A stretch of 64,000 nt of DNA from contig JAZRCL010000073.1 of NCBI GenBank assembly GCA_045659745.1, positions 732 to 64,731 of the forward strand. The letters are read 5' to 3'. Below are positions 27,951 through 38,448 of this stretch, piece after piece. Under the pieces are notes generated by a model, which made no database searches, was not told the DNA's origin, and worked only from the letters and a program-made list of their open reading frames with translations. The first letter of the stretch is position 1. Each line of letters opens with the position of its first letter. The position numbers and the translations under genes were made by a program. Source of the stretch: Eubacteriales bacterium (GTDB lineage Bacteria; Bacillota; Clostridia; Oscillospirales; CAG-272).

Positions 27951-28795
27951 TATACAGGCTCGCACAGATGGGCGATAGCGCCCATACCTACAAGTGTATC
28001 CTTTGCGGCAGATGCCTGCTCTTTCGATGAGAATATTCCAAATACGGACGGACCGCTTCCGCTCATCATAGAGATATCCGCTCCGTTTTCACACAAAATA
28101 TCTTTTATTTTTTGTACAGCGGGGCGGCTGGGTATGACTGCCGACTCAAAAATATTGAACATACCGCTTACATTGTTCTCTTTTTCAAGTAATTTGAGAA
28201 GGTCTTTTCTTGGACGGTAATTTTCAAAATTATCAAACATACAGTCAAGCATAGAGTAGGCCTTGGGGGTAGATACGCCGTCGCCCATTTTGGCAATGAC
28301 GATATAGCACTCGTGGAGCGGCTTGAAATCGCTCAGCTTTTCTCCTATTCCAAGTGAAAGCTTCGTCCCTCCGGCAATACAGAACGGTACGTCTGCACCG
28401 ATTTTTGCACCGATAGATAGAAGCTCGTCGGCAGTCTTTTTATTTCCTGTCAGCTCGTTAAGAAGTGTCAGTACTGCCGCCGCGTCCGTACTGCCCCCCG
28501 CAAGTCCCGCCTCAGCGGGAATTCTTTTGGCAATGTGGATTTTAACTTTACCGGAATTAAGAAAAAGGTTTGCCGCTTTGTAAGCTATATTTTTCTCTCC
28601 AAGAGGGATTGAAGCATCGTCGCAGCTTATCTCGATAGACTTATCTTCACTCTCGCAGTATTCCACGGTGACTGTGTCACAAAGGCTGACGCTCTGCATA
28701 ACGCTTATTATATTGTGGTATCCGTCGGCTCTTTTGGATTCTATATCCAAAAACAAATTTATTTTGGCATAAGCATCCCTTTGCAAAATGTTCAT
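27950..28795 (-). CDS. ispE: 4-(cytidine 5'-diphospho)-2-C-methyl-D-erythritol kinase
   Basis: AYAKINLFLDI and the GHMP kinase motif PAEAGLAGGSTDAAA. Confidence 0.9.
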   Translation of the reverse strand: MNILQRDAYAKINLFLDIESKRADGYHNIISVMQSVSLCDTVTVEYCESEDKSIEISCDDASIPLGEKNIAYKAANLFLNSGKVKIHIAKRIPAEAGLAGGSTDAAAVLTLLNELTGNKKTADELLSIGAKIGADVPFCIAGGTKLSLGIGEKLSDFKPLHECYIVIAKMGDGVSTPKAYSMLDCMFDNFENYRPRKDLLKLLEKENNVSGMFNIFESAVIPSRPAVQKIKDILCENGADISMMSGSGPSVFGIFSSKEQASAAKDTLVGMGAIAHLCEPV

Positions 28796-28937
28796 AAGAC
28801 TACCTCCCTCTGTATTTCATACTTACATTATACTACTCTTTTCGCGTTCTTCTGTTAATATTTGTTAAACTTTTTAATAAATAACCGAGAAATCCGCGCT
28901 TTTTATAAAAAAATAAGCTTTGTGCGCAGAGTTAATC

Positions 28938-28966
28938 TTGACGAATAATCAAAAAAGGTATATAAT
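28938..28966 (+). promoter_or_regulatory. SigA-type promoter
   Basis: TTGACG, 17 nt, then TATAAT (28961-28966). Confidence 0.6.
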
Positions 28967-29050
28967 ATAATTTGAGGCGGATGTACAACTAACGCCCCGA
29001 ATTTCACAATTGAAAATCAAGTATAAATTTAATAAAAAGGAGATAGAAAA

Positions 29051-29305
29051 ATGGAACACATTACTTACACTCCCCACGGAGTTTGCTCAAGAAAAATAGA
29101 CATTGACGTTGAGGACGGCATAATCAAGTCCGCAGAGTTTACGGGCGGGTGCTCGGGAAACACCAAGGGCCTTTGCTCCCTGCTTATCGGTATGAGTGTT
29201 GAGGAGGCAATAAAGAGACTCGAAGGTATAAAGTGCGGCCCTCGCCCCACTTCCTGCCCCGACCAGATCTCGCGCGCACTCAAGGAATATCTTGAAAATA
29301 AATAA
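29051..29305 (+). CDS. TIGR03905-family TSCPD-domain protein
   Basis: GVCSRKIDIDVEDGII...FTGGCSGNTKG...GIKCG..PTSCPDQ. Confidence 0.8.
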   Translation: MEHITYTPHGVCSRKIDIDVEDGIIKSAEFTGGCSGNTKGLCSLLIGMSVEEAIKRLEGIKCGPRPTSCPDQISRALKEYLENK

Positions 29306-29320
29306 TAATAGAGGTGTCAA

Positions 29321-31036
29321 ATGGAAAAGTATTTAGAAAACTATAACCGTTGGTTAAACTCCCCTGTTCTTACTAATGAGGAAAAGAATGAGCTTATCTC
29401 AATCGCCGGTGACGAAAACGAGATAAAATTCCGCTTTTCGTCTTATCTCTCCTTTGGTACTGCGGGACTCCGCGGCACTATGAAGGTTGGCATGAACGCG
29501 ATGAATATTTACACCGTCGCTCACGCAACACAGGGCCTTGCTTCCCTTATTCTGAAGGAAGGCAGAGCGGCAGACGGCGTGGCTATCGCATACGACTCCA
29601 GAAACAATTCCGAGCTTTTCGCTCACGTATCCGCAGAGGTACTTGCGGCGGCAGGCATACCCGTTTACATTTTTGACGCGCTTCGCCCCACCCCCGAGCT
29701 TTCGTTTGCTCTCCGTGAGCTGAAATGCGTTGCGGGTATAAACATAACTGCATCCCACAACCCCAAGCAGTACAACGGCTACAAGGCTTATTGGGAGGAC
29801 GGCGCACAGCTTCCCCCCGAGCACGCAGATACAGTCAGCGCGGAGATCGCAAAGGTTGATATTTTTGACGGCGTTAAGAGAATGAGCTTTGACGAGGGTG
29901 TCAAGTCGGGTATTATCACTGTAATCGGAGCGGAGATTGACGAAAAGTATCTTGCTCAGGTTCAGGCGCAGGCGGTAAATCCCAATGCGGTCAAGAACGT
30001 TGCCGACGACCTCAAGATTGTTTACACTCCCCTCCACGGCACAGGACATAAGCTTGTTCCTGAAATCCTCAGAAGAACGGGACTCAAGCATCTTTATACT
30101 GTTGATGAGCAGTGCGTAATAGACGGAAACTTCCCCACAGTCGAGAAGCCCAACCCCGAGTATGCAGAGGTGTTTGCTCTTGGTATTGAGCTTGCAAACA
30201 AGGTAGGAAGCGACCTTATTATCGCGACCGACCCCGACGCTGACCGCGTTGGCGTTGTTGCGAGAACAAAGGACGGCTCGTTCAGAACCATCACGGGCAA
30301 CCAGATGGGCGCGCTTTTACTTGACTATATAATCACGGCTTATGAGCAGACAAACACTATGCCTCCTCTCCCCTATGCCGTAAAGACTATCGTGACTACC
30401 GAGCTTGCTTCCAAGATATGTCAGTCTCACGGCGTTGAGATATACAACGTGCTTACAGGCTTTAAGTTTATCGGAGAGGTAATTAAGAACCACGAAAAGA
30501 GCGGTCAGGGCTCGTACATTTTCGGTTTTGAGGAGAGCTACGGCTACCTCAAGGGCACTTATGCAAGAGATAAGGACGCAGTTGTCGCATCTATGCTTAT
30601 CTGCGAGATGACGGCTTACTACGCGGCAAAGAATATGACTCTCTCCGACGCGCTTGAGCTTCTTTATGAGAGATACGGCTATTGCTGTGAGTCCAACTCC
30701 GAGATATATATGGAAGGCGTTGACGGCCCCGCAAAGATAGCGGCTATTATGGACGGCCTCCGCAACAATGCTCCCACCTCCATTGGCGGCGCGAGTGTTG
30801 TGACCTTCGGTGACTATAATGCCGAGGAATTTACGGATATTGCAACGGGCAAGAAAACTCCTACGGGTCTTCCTAAGTCCAACGTGCTTTATTTCAAGCT
30901 GGACAACGGCGACGTTATTATCGTTCGCCCCTCGGGTACAGAGCCCAAGATTAAATTCTACTTCCTCGTTATTGCCGAAAATTCGGACAACGCGCAGGAG
31001 AAGATTGCTGGATATAAGAAATCGCTTAATATATAA
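29321..31036 (+). CDS. Phospho-sugar mutase (phosphoglucomutase/phosphomannomutase family)
   Basis: GINITASHNP active-site loop, DPDADR metal loop and GFEESYG sugar-binding loop. Confidence 0.9.
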   Translation: MEKYLENYNRWLNSPVLTNEEKNELISIAGDENEIKFRFSSYLSFGTAGLRGTMKVGMNAMNIYTVAHATQGLASLILKEGRAADGVAIAYDSRNNSELFAHVSAEVLAAAGIPVYIFDALRPTPELSFALRELKCVAGINITASHNPKQYNGYKAYWEDGAQLPPEHADTVSAEIAKVDIFDGVKRMSFDEGVKSGIITVIGAEIDEKYLAQVQAQAVNPNAVKNVADDLKIVYTPLHGTGHKLVPEILRRTGLKHLYTVDEQCVIDGNFPTVEKPNPEYAEVFALGIELANKVGSDLIIATDPDADRVGVVARTKDGSFRTITGNQMGALLLDYIITAYEQTNTMPPLPYAVKTIVTTELASKICQSHGVEIYNVLTGFKFIGEVIKNHEKSGQGSYIFGFEESYGYLKGTYARDKDAVVASMLICEMTAYYAAKNMTLSDALELLYERYGYCCESNSEIYMEGVDGPAKIAAIMDGLRNNAPTSIGGASVVTFGDYNAEEFTDIATGKKTPTGLPKSNVLYFKLDNGDVIIVRPSGTEPKIKFYFLVIAENSDNAQEKIAGYKKSLNI

Positions 31037-31044
31037 AGTAAATA

Positions 31045-31083
31045 AAAAGGTCGGGAGAAATCCCGACCTTTTGTTGTTTTTTG
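31045..31083 (+). terminator. Rho-independent terminator
   Basis: aaaaggtcggga / tcccgacctttt stem plus a T-tract. Confidence 0.85.
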
Positions 31084-31130
31084 ATGTGGTTATAATTATA
31101 CGTTCCCGTCGGCGCGGGTGTTACACATTG

Positions 31131-31466
31131 TTATTCATTCCATTTTTGCAAAAGCATTTCTGCAGCAAAACTTAGTGTACCATCGTCCGAGAATTCCATA
31201 ACATTCTTTAAGGTGGCTACGGCTACATCCACACAAATATTATATTTCAAGCACATAGAGGAGGCATTAACTTTAACCCTATCATCTTGATGAGATAACA
31301 ATGTACACAACAGATCAGAACAGTCAATTTGAGACACTTCTTCCTGTAGTTTTATCATTTTATCCATTGCCCCATTATGAGCTCTGACTTTTGCTTTATC
31401 GGTATAATCATCTTTCAAGCATTGTTCTAATGATAATTGGATAAACAAATTATAATAATCTTTCAT
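31131..31466 (-). CDS. Small helical-repeat protein, DUF2019-like (111 aa)
   Basis: RBS aggaggagg. It is visibly more AT-rich than its neighbours. LLSHQDDRVKVNASSMCL resembles the HEAT-like core I associate with DUF2019. The family call is from memory. Confidence 0.4.
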   Translation of the reverse strand: MKDYYNLFIQLSLEQCLKDDYTDKAKVRAHNGAMDKMIKLQEEVSQIDCSDLLCTLLSHQDDRVKVNASSMCLKYNICVDVAVATLKNVMEFSDDGTLSFAAEMLLQKWNE

Positions 31467-31511
31467 GAAAACCTCCTCCTGAATTTATCACATGTCACAA
31501 TTAATAACGAA

Positions 31512-34500
31512 TTATTTCAAAATACAGTTCTCCTCTCCAAGCAGCTTTTTAAGCTCGGAGATAACGTAATCGGAGCAGTACATTTTCTGACTGTACTCGG
31601 AGTATTTTTTAGTGCTGCTGTCGTAGAAAATTACGGAGAGGCTTCCCTCGTTGAATATATCCACGAGATTTTTCGCATACTTGAACTTTTCACATTCCAT
31701 ATCGGGAACACGCAGATATATCTTTGTGGGAGCTATAGCCTGTTTTTGAGGGACGGGAGCGGTCTTGGGTGTGGTCTGCGCAGGCTCTGCGGGTTTTGTC
31801 GGCTGCGCGCTTGTGTAAGCCGAGAGATATACCGAGAGTCTGGGGTCTGCGGCGGGCTGTGAGGGGTTGTCATCAACTTGCGCTTTTGTCTCCTTGATTT
31901 GCTCCTGCTTTTCATAGACGGAGTTTTCCATCAGCGGAGATACGAGATTTACAAGTATCTTTGCGTCCTCGTCCTTGTATGACAGAGTTCCCTCTATATA
32001 TACCCCATTGTCAAGCAATATTTCGTGCGAATAATTGTTGTAGACCTTCGGGAAGGCTATACACTCTATCTCGCCAAGCTTGTCTTCAAGCTTGAAAAAC
32101 GCCATTCGCTCTTCTCTTCTCGTTGTCTTGAAGGTCACCCCGGTTATAATGCCCGCGAGCTTTATTTTTGCGCCATCGCGGAGAGTGCTGTCCTCGGATA
32201 TAATATCCGTTATCTGCGATACCGAAAGAGATTTGACGTGGCCTTCAAAGTTGTCCAGCATATGTCCCGAGAAATACATTCCCGAGGCGTCCTTTTCAAG
32301 CATAAGCTTCTCGCGCATAGTAAATTCGGGGATGCTCGGGTACTCGAACGACGGCGTGTCATTCCCGCCCATCATTGAGAACATATCCATCTGTCCCATT
32401 ATATTGTTGCGCTTTTTCTGCTGTATGTTGTCGATTATGCTCTCATAAGACGAGAGTATCTGGGAGCGGTACGCGCCCATGCCGTCAAAGCCTCCCGCCT
32501 TGATGATTGCTTCTATCTGACGCTTGTTAATGTCTGTCGTCTCGGACATTCTCTCAACGAAATTCTCAAACGACGAGAAGGGCTCGCGCGTTCTTTCGCG
32601 TATTATCGCCGAAATAAACTGTCTGCCCACATTTTTGAGCGCCGCCATACCAAATCGTATATTGCCGTCTGTATCCGTGCCGAAATCAACTCGGCTTGTG
32701 TTTATATTGGGCGGCAGAACGGATATGCCGAATTTTGAGCATTCGGCGATATATTCCGCGGCTTTGGTGCGGTTGTCAAGCACGCTTGTAAGAAGCGCTG
32801 CCATATATTCTCCCGTGTAGTGAGCTTTAAGGTAAGCCGTGCGGTAGGATATAAGTGCGTAGGCTGCGGCGTGAGACTTGTTAAAGGCGTAGTTTGCAAA
32901 GCTTGACATATCCTCAAAAAGCTTTTCTGCCTTTTTGCTGTCAATGCCGTTAGCTTTAGCTCCCTCAATAAACTGCTCGCGCTCGGCATTCAATACCGAC
33001 GCCTTTTTCTTTGACATGGCGCGTCGCACTATATCCGCGTGACCAAAGGTATATCCCGCGATATTTCGGAAGATACTCATTACCTGCTCCTGATATACGG
33101 TGCAGCCGTAAGTGGAGCGGAGTATGGGCTCAAGTTCGGGAATGTCGTATTTTATTTTTGAGGGGTCGTGCTTGCACTCGATAAATCTCGGTATGGAGTC
33201 CATAGGGCCGGGACGGTAGAGCGCTATCGCCGCGATAATATCGTCGATACACTCGGGGCGGAGATTCTGGAGCATCTGTCTCATTCCGTCCGACTCAAGC
33301 TGGAATACGCCGAGAGTATTTCCCTTTGAGATAAGCTCGTAAGCGTCCTTATCGTCAAGGGGTATTTTTTCTATATCGAAATTCGGGTTTTGCTCTTTTA
33401 TCTGCTTTTCCGCGTCGCTGATAATTGTGAGGTAGCGGAGTGCTAAAAAGTCGAATTTGAGAAGTCCTAATGCCGCTATAGTGTCCATATCGAACTGTGT
33501 GACGGTCGCGCTGTTGCTCGTGGCAAGCGGTACGTAATCGCACACGGGCTCGTCCGTAATAACTATGCCTGCGGCGTGTACGGAGATGTTTCGTGGCATT
33601 CCCTCAAGCGCCATTGCGGTGTCTATAAGTTCACGCACCTGCTCGGAGTCCTTATACATTTCTGCGAGCGCGGGGGCTTTGATAGCCTGCTTTAAGGTTA
33701 TTCCAAGCTCGTGAGGAACGGCTTTTGCTACTGCGTCAACGTCGGAATAAGACATACCCATAGCTCGACCGCAATCGCGTATTGCTGCCTTTGCCGCAAG
33801 AGTACCAAACGTGATTATCTGCGAGACGTGGTCCTTGCCGTATTTGTCCTCGACGTATCTTATGATCTCGTCACGTCGCTCGTAACAAAAGTCAATATCA
33901 ATATCGGGCATGCTTACTCGTTCGGGATTGAGGAATCTCTCGAAAAGCAGGTCGAATTTTATGGAGTCGACCTCGGTAATTCCAAGCAGATATGCCACAA
34001 GGCTTCCCGCTCCTGATCCTCTGCCCGGACCAACGGATATGCCTGAGCGTTTTGCAAAGTTTACGTAGTCCTGAACTATGAGGAAATAGTCCGCATATCC
34101 CATTGAGGAGATCACAGATAGCTCGTATTTTATTCTATCCTCGTAGGCTTGTCTGTTATTGTGCGGATTATCGCCAAATACTATGTGCCCTCTCTCTATG
34201 CGGCTTTCAAGTCCGCGATGTGTGAGCTCGCAAAGGTATTCTTCCGCGCTCTTGCCCATAGGACAAGGGAATTTCGGGAGAAGTACCTGCTCAAAGTCAA
34301 ACTCAAGGTTGCACTTCTCTGCTATTTTGACCGTGTTTTCTATTGCCGAGGGGTATTCGGCGTAAATCTCGCGCATTTCCTCGGTTGTCTTGATATAGTA
34401 ATCGTCGGAGTCAAATTCAGGTTTGTGAGGGTCGGTGAGTGTGGTGTTGGTCTGTATGCACATCAGCACCTGCTGAACGTAGGAGTTACGTTTACGCAGA

Positions 34501-35126
34501 TAGTGACAGTCGTTGGTCGCTACAAGCGGAATATTACACTCCGCAGCTATTCTGACTAGCGACGGAATCAGCGCTTTGGTCTCCTCCGTGCCGTGATCCT
34601 GGAGCTCAATGTAGAAATTCCCCTCTCCAAACGTATCTTTGTACTTGAGAGCGGTCTCTTTTGCTGCGTCGTAGTCCCCGCGCGAGAGCTGCTTTGGTAT
34701 CTTGCCAGACAGACACGCGGAGAGCGCGATAAGTCCGTCGCAATGGTCAAAAAGCAGGGATTCGTCTATTCTCGGTCTTACGTAAAATCCCTCAGTAAAG
34801 CCCTTTGATACGAGATATATAAGGTTCTTGTATCCCGTCATATTCTTACAGAGCAAAACGAGGTGATAGTACGCGGTGTCAGAGACGGCGCGCTTTTCAA
34901 AGCGCGATGCAGGTGCAACGTAGACCTCGCAGCCAATAATTGGCTTTATTCCCTGCGCGCGACATTCCTTGTAGAAGGACAAAACGCCGTACATATTTCC
35001 GTGGTCGGTTATAGCCACGGCGTCCTGACCACATTCCTTTACTCTTTCGGGTATATCTTTGATACGGCATGCGCCGTCAAGGAGACTGTATTCACTATGA
35101 AGATGCAAATGTACGAAATTTCCCAT
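31512..35126 (-). CDS. dnaE: DNA polymerase III alpha subunit (DnaE-type) with a Pro-rich linker and extra C-terminal module
   Basis: PHP domain opening FVHLHLHSEYSLLDGA. PDIDIDF catalytic aspartates. An OB-fold region lies near the C-terminus. Confidence 0.95.
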   Translation of the reverse strand: MGNFVHLHLHSEYSLLDGACRIKDIPERVKECGQDAVAITDHGNMYGVLSFYKECRAQGIKPIIGCEVYVAPASRFEKRAVSDTAYYHLVLLCKNMTGYKNLIYLVSKGFTEGFYVRPRIDESLLFDHCDGLIALSACLSGKIPKQLSRGDYDAAKETALKYKDTFGEGNFYIELQDHGTEETKALIPSLVRIAAECNIPLVATNDCHYLRKRNSYVQQVLMCIQTNTTLTDPHKPEFDSDDYYIKTTEEMREIYAEYPSAIENTVKIAEKCNLEFDFEQVLLPKFPCPMGKSAEEYLCELTHRGLESRIERGHIVFGDNPHNNRQAYEDRIKYELSVISSMGYADYFLIVQDYVNFAKRSGISVGPGRGSGAGSLVAYLLGITEVDSIKFDLLFERFLNPERVSMPDIDIDFCYERRDEIIRYVEDKYGKDHVSQIITFGTLAAKAAIRDCGRAMGMSYSDVDAVAKAVPHELGITLKQAIKAPALAEMYKDSEQVRELIDTAMALEGMPRNISVHAAGIVITDEPVCDYVPLATSNSATVTQFDMDTIAALGLLKFDFLALRYLTIISDAEKQIKEQNPNFDIEKIPLDDKDAYELISKGNTLGVFQLESDGMRQMLQNLRPECIDDIIAAIALYRPGPMDSIPRFIECKHDPSKIKYDIPELEPILRSTYGCTVYQEQVMSIFRNIAGYTFGHADIVRRAMSKKKASVLNAEREQFIEGAKANGIDSKKAEKLFEDMSSFANYAFNKSHAAAYALISYRTAYLKAHYTGEYMAALLTSVLDNRTKAAEYIAECSKFGISVLPPNINTSRVDFGTDTDGNIRFGMAALKNVGRQFISAIIRERTREPFSSFENFVERMSETTDINKRQIEAIIKAGGFDGMGAYRSQILSSYESIIDNIQQKKRNNIMGQMDMFSMMGGNDTPSFEYPSIPEFTMREKLMLEKDASGMYFSGHMLDNFEGHVKSLSVSQITDIISEDSTLRDGAKIKLAGIITGVTFKTTRREERMAFFKLEDKLGEIECIAFPKVYNNYSHEILLDNGVYIEGTLSYKDEDAKILVNLVSPLMENSVYEKQEQIKETKAQVDDNPSQPAADPRLSVYLSAYTSAQPTKPAEPAQTTPKTAPVPQKQAIAPTKIYLRVPDMECEKFKYAKNLVDIFNEGSLSVIFYDSSTKKYSEYSQKMYCSDYVISELKKLLGEENCILK

Positions 35127-35143
35127 ATTGCCATGCCTTTCTT

Positions 35144-36037
35144 TTAGATTTCTTCCGATAATTTCATTATTTTTTCAAGTCGATGATTGAGTCCCGACTT
35201 TGTAATTGGTGGGTTGTGGAGGGATGCGAGAGCCTTCAGTGAAAGCTCGGGGTTTTCAAGACGCAGTCTTGCGGTCTGCTGAAGCTCGTCGGACAACATA
35301 TAAAAGCGATCTTTCTCTATCAATCTATTGATGGCCTGAATCTGTGGTGTTCCCGCGTCAACAGCTCTTTGGATATTACTCGCAACGAAATTAGTTGCGC
35401 GGTTCTCATCTGCGCGAAGCTGATTTTCAAACTGTTGGTTTACAAAATCAAAAACTATGGTGCTGAGGTGACAAAGAGTTAAAAATCCGCCTACTCCCTC
35501 ACCGTTTCTGAAAAACAAACTGTATCCGTTTTTTCTTTTGGTCATACCCGGAGTAAGATCTGTTTGTGTGGTGAAAATCTCGTTTATTTTCTCTGCTCTT
35601 TGAATGTTTGGCAGAGATAATTCGAGAGTGTATGATTTTTCGGGGTCACTCACGCTTCCAAGCGCGCAGAACAGGCCGCAGAAAAAGTACGACAAACAAC
35701 TGTTGCACGCGAAAAGACGGTCAAAATCCTCGGAGGTATCAATGCAGTTGTCCAGATCGGATAACAGCTTTACTGCCGTGGGAAGACTGAAGTTCATGGT
35801 TATAGTGTGCATGAATCCGCGATTTGTTTCGCTGATGTCCATTTCCTTTATCTTGAACACCGTGCTTGCAATATACGTTAAAAGATCTGCAACCTCAGGC
35901 TCGCTGACCTTTAGGGTTATATTGCCGTTGGATATGTCAGCGCCCATCAAAGCGCCGTGAAAAAACGCCTTTTTGCAGCATTTGTTTTTGAAATTAAGAC
36001 TTACTATATCCGTCTTTACTCGTGTTGAAAATGACAT
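35144..36037 (-). CDS. whiA: DNA-binding protein WhiA
   Basis: MSFSTRVK opening, a degenerate LAGLIDADG region, and the C-terminal HTH PITKSGLNHRLEKI. Confidence 0.9.
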   Translation of the reverse strand: MSFSTRVKTDIVSLNFKNKCCKKAFFHGALMGADISNGNITLKVSEPEVADLLTYIASTVFKIKEMDISETNRGFMHTITMNFSLPTAVKLLSDLDNCIDTSEDFDRLFACNSCLSYFFCGLFCALGSVSDPEKSYTLELSLPNIQRAEKINEIFTTQTDLTPGMTKRKNGYSLFFRNGEGVGGFLTLCHLSTIVFDFVNQQFENQLRADENRATNFVASNIQRAVDAGTPQIQAINRLIEKDRFYMLSDELQQTARLRLENPELSLKALASLHNPPITKSGLNHRLEKIMKLSEEI

Positions 36038-36054
36038 TTATTTCTCCGTTTGGT

Positions 36055-36963
36055 TTATTTTTCAGGGATGTAGATTATCTCAAGCTCAAGCGTGACGCCG
36101 AATTTTTCCCTGACTCTTTCTTTCACAATTTCTACAAGAGCAAGAATATCCGCGCTTGTAGCATGACCCTTGTTTATGAAAAATCCTGCGTGCTTTGTTG
36201 ATACCTCTGCGTCGCCGACAGATATTCCTTTAAGTCCGCAATCGTCAATAAGCTTTGCCGCGATAAATCCGTCGGGACGCTTGAAGGTACTGCCTGCGTT
36301 GGGGTATTCGAGTGGTTGTTTTTCCCTGCGGCTTTCCATATTCTTTAATGCTTTATCCAATGCCTCACAGTTTATGTCGTGGTGGAGCTTTATAAGTGTG
36401 GACAAAACAAAACAGTTTTTGTTGTCACCAAAAAAGCTGTGTCTGTATGAGAATTTGTGATTCTCTGCGGAAAGCGTGAAAAGCTCTCTTGTTTCAGAAT
36501 TGTAGCAGATACTTTCAAGTACTATCTGCGACATCTCGCCGCCGTACGCGCCTGCGTTCATATATACTGCGCCGCCCACGCTTCCTGGGATTCCGTATGC
36601 AAATTCAAGTCCCGAAAGACCGCGTTTTTTAAGAGTTTCGCCCGCAAGCTCGGTGAGTTTTTTTCCGCATCCGACGAGAGCAAGCTCGCTGTCTGTTGTT
36701 TGTGTGTATTGCACTTCATTCATTCTTTGAGTGAATATAAGCGCTCCTCTGTAGCCTTTGTCGTCAAAGAGAATATTGCTACCGTTGCCGATAACGTCAA
36801 AGCGCACTCCGGCGTCGGTCAAGGAATTGATAGCGCATATAAATTCCTCTGTGTTTTTGGGGAAAATAGCGATGTCGCACTCTCCGCCTATTTTGAAGGA
36901 GCTATAGTTGGAAAGCTGCAGATTTTCCTTTGTTTCTATGCCTTTTGGAAGGTTTAATATCAT
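36055..36963 (-). CDS. murB: UDP-N-acetylmuramate dehydrogenase
   Basis: FKIGG, GNGSNILF and the C-terminal GSTFKRP / AGFFINKG motifs. Confidence 0.9.
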   Translation of the reverse strand: MILNLPKGIETKENLQLSNYSSFKIGGECDIAIFPKNTEEFICAINSLTDAGVRFDVIGNGSNILFDDKGYRGALIFTQRMNEVQYTQTTDSELALVGCGKKLTELAGETLKKRGLSGLEFAYGIPGSVGGAVYMNAGAYGGEMSQIVLESICYNSETRELFTLSAENHKFSYRHSFFGDNKNCFVLSTLIKLHHDINCEALDKALKNMESRREKQPLEYPNAGSTFKRPDGFIAAKLIDDCGLKGISVGDAEVSTKHAGFFINKGHATSADILALVEIVKERVREKFGVTLELEIIYIPEK

Positions 36964-37646
36964 AAAACGATATCCTCGATTTCAGAAAGCTTATTGACAA
37001 TATACGTTATATTCATGCCCTCAGGAGCGGACTTGCCTTGCGGATTGTACCAGCAGGTGTCGAGTCCCGCGTTGATACCGCCCTGGATATCGGACGTCAA
37101 CGAGTCGCCTATTACGAGAGTTGTTTGGGGGTCAAAATTCGGGATTCTTGATTTAACAATGTTAAAATATTCTATGCTTGGCTTCTCAAATCCTATCTCC
37201 TCGGACACAAATCTGTCGATAAAGAGATTTGATAATGCCAGCTTACCCATTCTGCCGTTTTGTACCTTTTTGTTTCCGTTTGTGATGATATAAAGACGGC
37301 AATGCTTAGAAAGTGTCTGACAAAGCTGCTCCGCCCCGTCGAGAACGTAAGCCTTCTCGGAGAGTCTGTCCAGATACAGCTCACTTATTTTCTCGGCGTC
37401 AATATCATATCCGTAATGCTCTGCAAATGCTCTCCAACGCTCAGAATAAAGCTTTTTTTTCTCAATCTCGCCGCGCTCGAGCATTTTCCAATACATGGTG
37501 TTTATCTCGGAATATTTTGCGATTGTTTGGTCATTTACGGGCACAGAAAAAGCTTCAAGACAGTCTGTGACTGCCTCGTGCTCCGAGCGATGAAAATCAA
37601 GCAAAGTTTGGTCTGCATCAAAAAGTAAGGTTGTGTATTTTGGCAT
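36960..37646 (-). CDS. HAD-superfamily hydrolase, YjjG-like nucleotidase
   Basis: LLFDADQTLLDF (the DxD motif), ITNG and GDSLTSDIQGG. Confidence 0.75.
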   Translation of the reverse strand: MPKYTTLLFDADQTLLDFHRSEHEAVTDCLEAFSVPVNDQTIAKYSEINTMYWKMLERGEIEKKKLYSERWRAFAEHYGYDIDAEKISELYLDRLSEKAYVLDGAEQLCQTLSKHCRLYIITNGNKKVQNGRMGKLALSNLFIDRFVSEEIGFEKPSIEYFNIVKSRIPNFDPQTTLVIGDSLTSDIQGGINAGLDTCWYNPQGKSAPEGMNITYIVNKLSEIEDIVL

Positions 37647-37772
37647 ATCTTTTCTCCCGAATGAATAAATAAATATACTTATACATCTTAATTATACAAT
37701 AGTCGCCTCAAAAATGCAACTATAATTTTATATTTTGTTTAATATAAATAATAAAAAGATTTGTTTTCCCTC

Positions 37773-37801
37773 TTGAAAAAATTTTGCAGATGAGTTATAA
37801 T
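37773..37801 (+). promoter_or_regulatory. SigA-type promoter
   Basis: TTGAAA, 17 nt, then TATAAT (37796-37801), upstream of coaE. Confidence 0.6.
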
Positions 37802-37836
37802 GTAATTTGGAGTATTCTTTGCAAGGAGGTGTTGAT

Positions 37837-38448
37837 ATGTTGGTTGTTGGTCTTACGGGTCCAAGTGGCTCTGGCAAAAGCAAAATTGCAGAAATTTTGT
37901 CCGAATACGGTGTTCAGCATATCAATGCAGACTCTGTATATCACAATATATTGATCCCCCCTTCCCCTTGTCTTGACGAGCTTGTCGAGAATTTCGGGTA
38001 CAAAATACTTAACGCGGGCGGTCAGCTTGACAGACGAATGCTTGGAGCTATCGTGTTTGGCGAGGAAAACAAGCAAAAGCTTGAAAAGCTCAACAGTATC
38101 ACGCACAAGTATGTATGCGCAAGAATAAGACAGATAATCCGCTATTTTCAAAGCACGAGCTGCAAAGCCTGTGTTATTGACGCTCCCCTGCTCCTGGAAT
38201 CGGGACTTAATGGTGACTGCGATTTTGTTATATCCGTACTTGCAGACACAGAGATTCGCGCGCAAAGAATAGCAAAAAGAGATAAAATATCACTTGAGGA
38301 CGCAAATTTGAGAATCAACTCGCAAAAGCCGGACGGATTTTATATTGATGGGTCGGATATCGTCGTGTATAACAACGGCGAAGAGGAGCAGTTGCGAACT
38401 TCTCTGCTTGACAGTCTCAGGGATAGAAATATTGGAGGTGTACAGTGA
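37837..38448 (+). CDS. coaE: Dephospho-CoA kinase
   Basis: ATG at 37837 (MLVVGLTGPSGSGKS) behind an aaggaggtg RBS. The track start at 37807 is unsupported. Confidence 0.85.
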   Translation: MLVVGLTGPSGSGKSKIAEILSEYGVQHINADSVYHNILIPPSPCLDELVENFGYKILNAGGQLDRRMLGAIVFGEENKQKLEKLNSITHKYVCARIRQIIRYFQSTSCKACVIDAPLLLESGLNGDCDFVISVLADTEIRAQRIAKRDKISLEDANLRINSQKPDGFYIDGSDIVVYNNGEEEQLRTSLLDSLRDRNIGGVQ

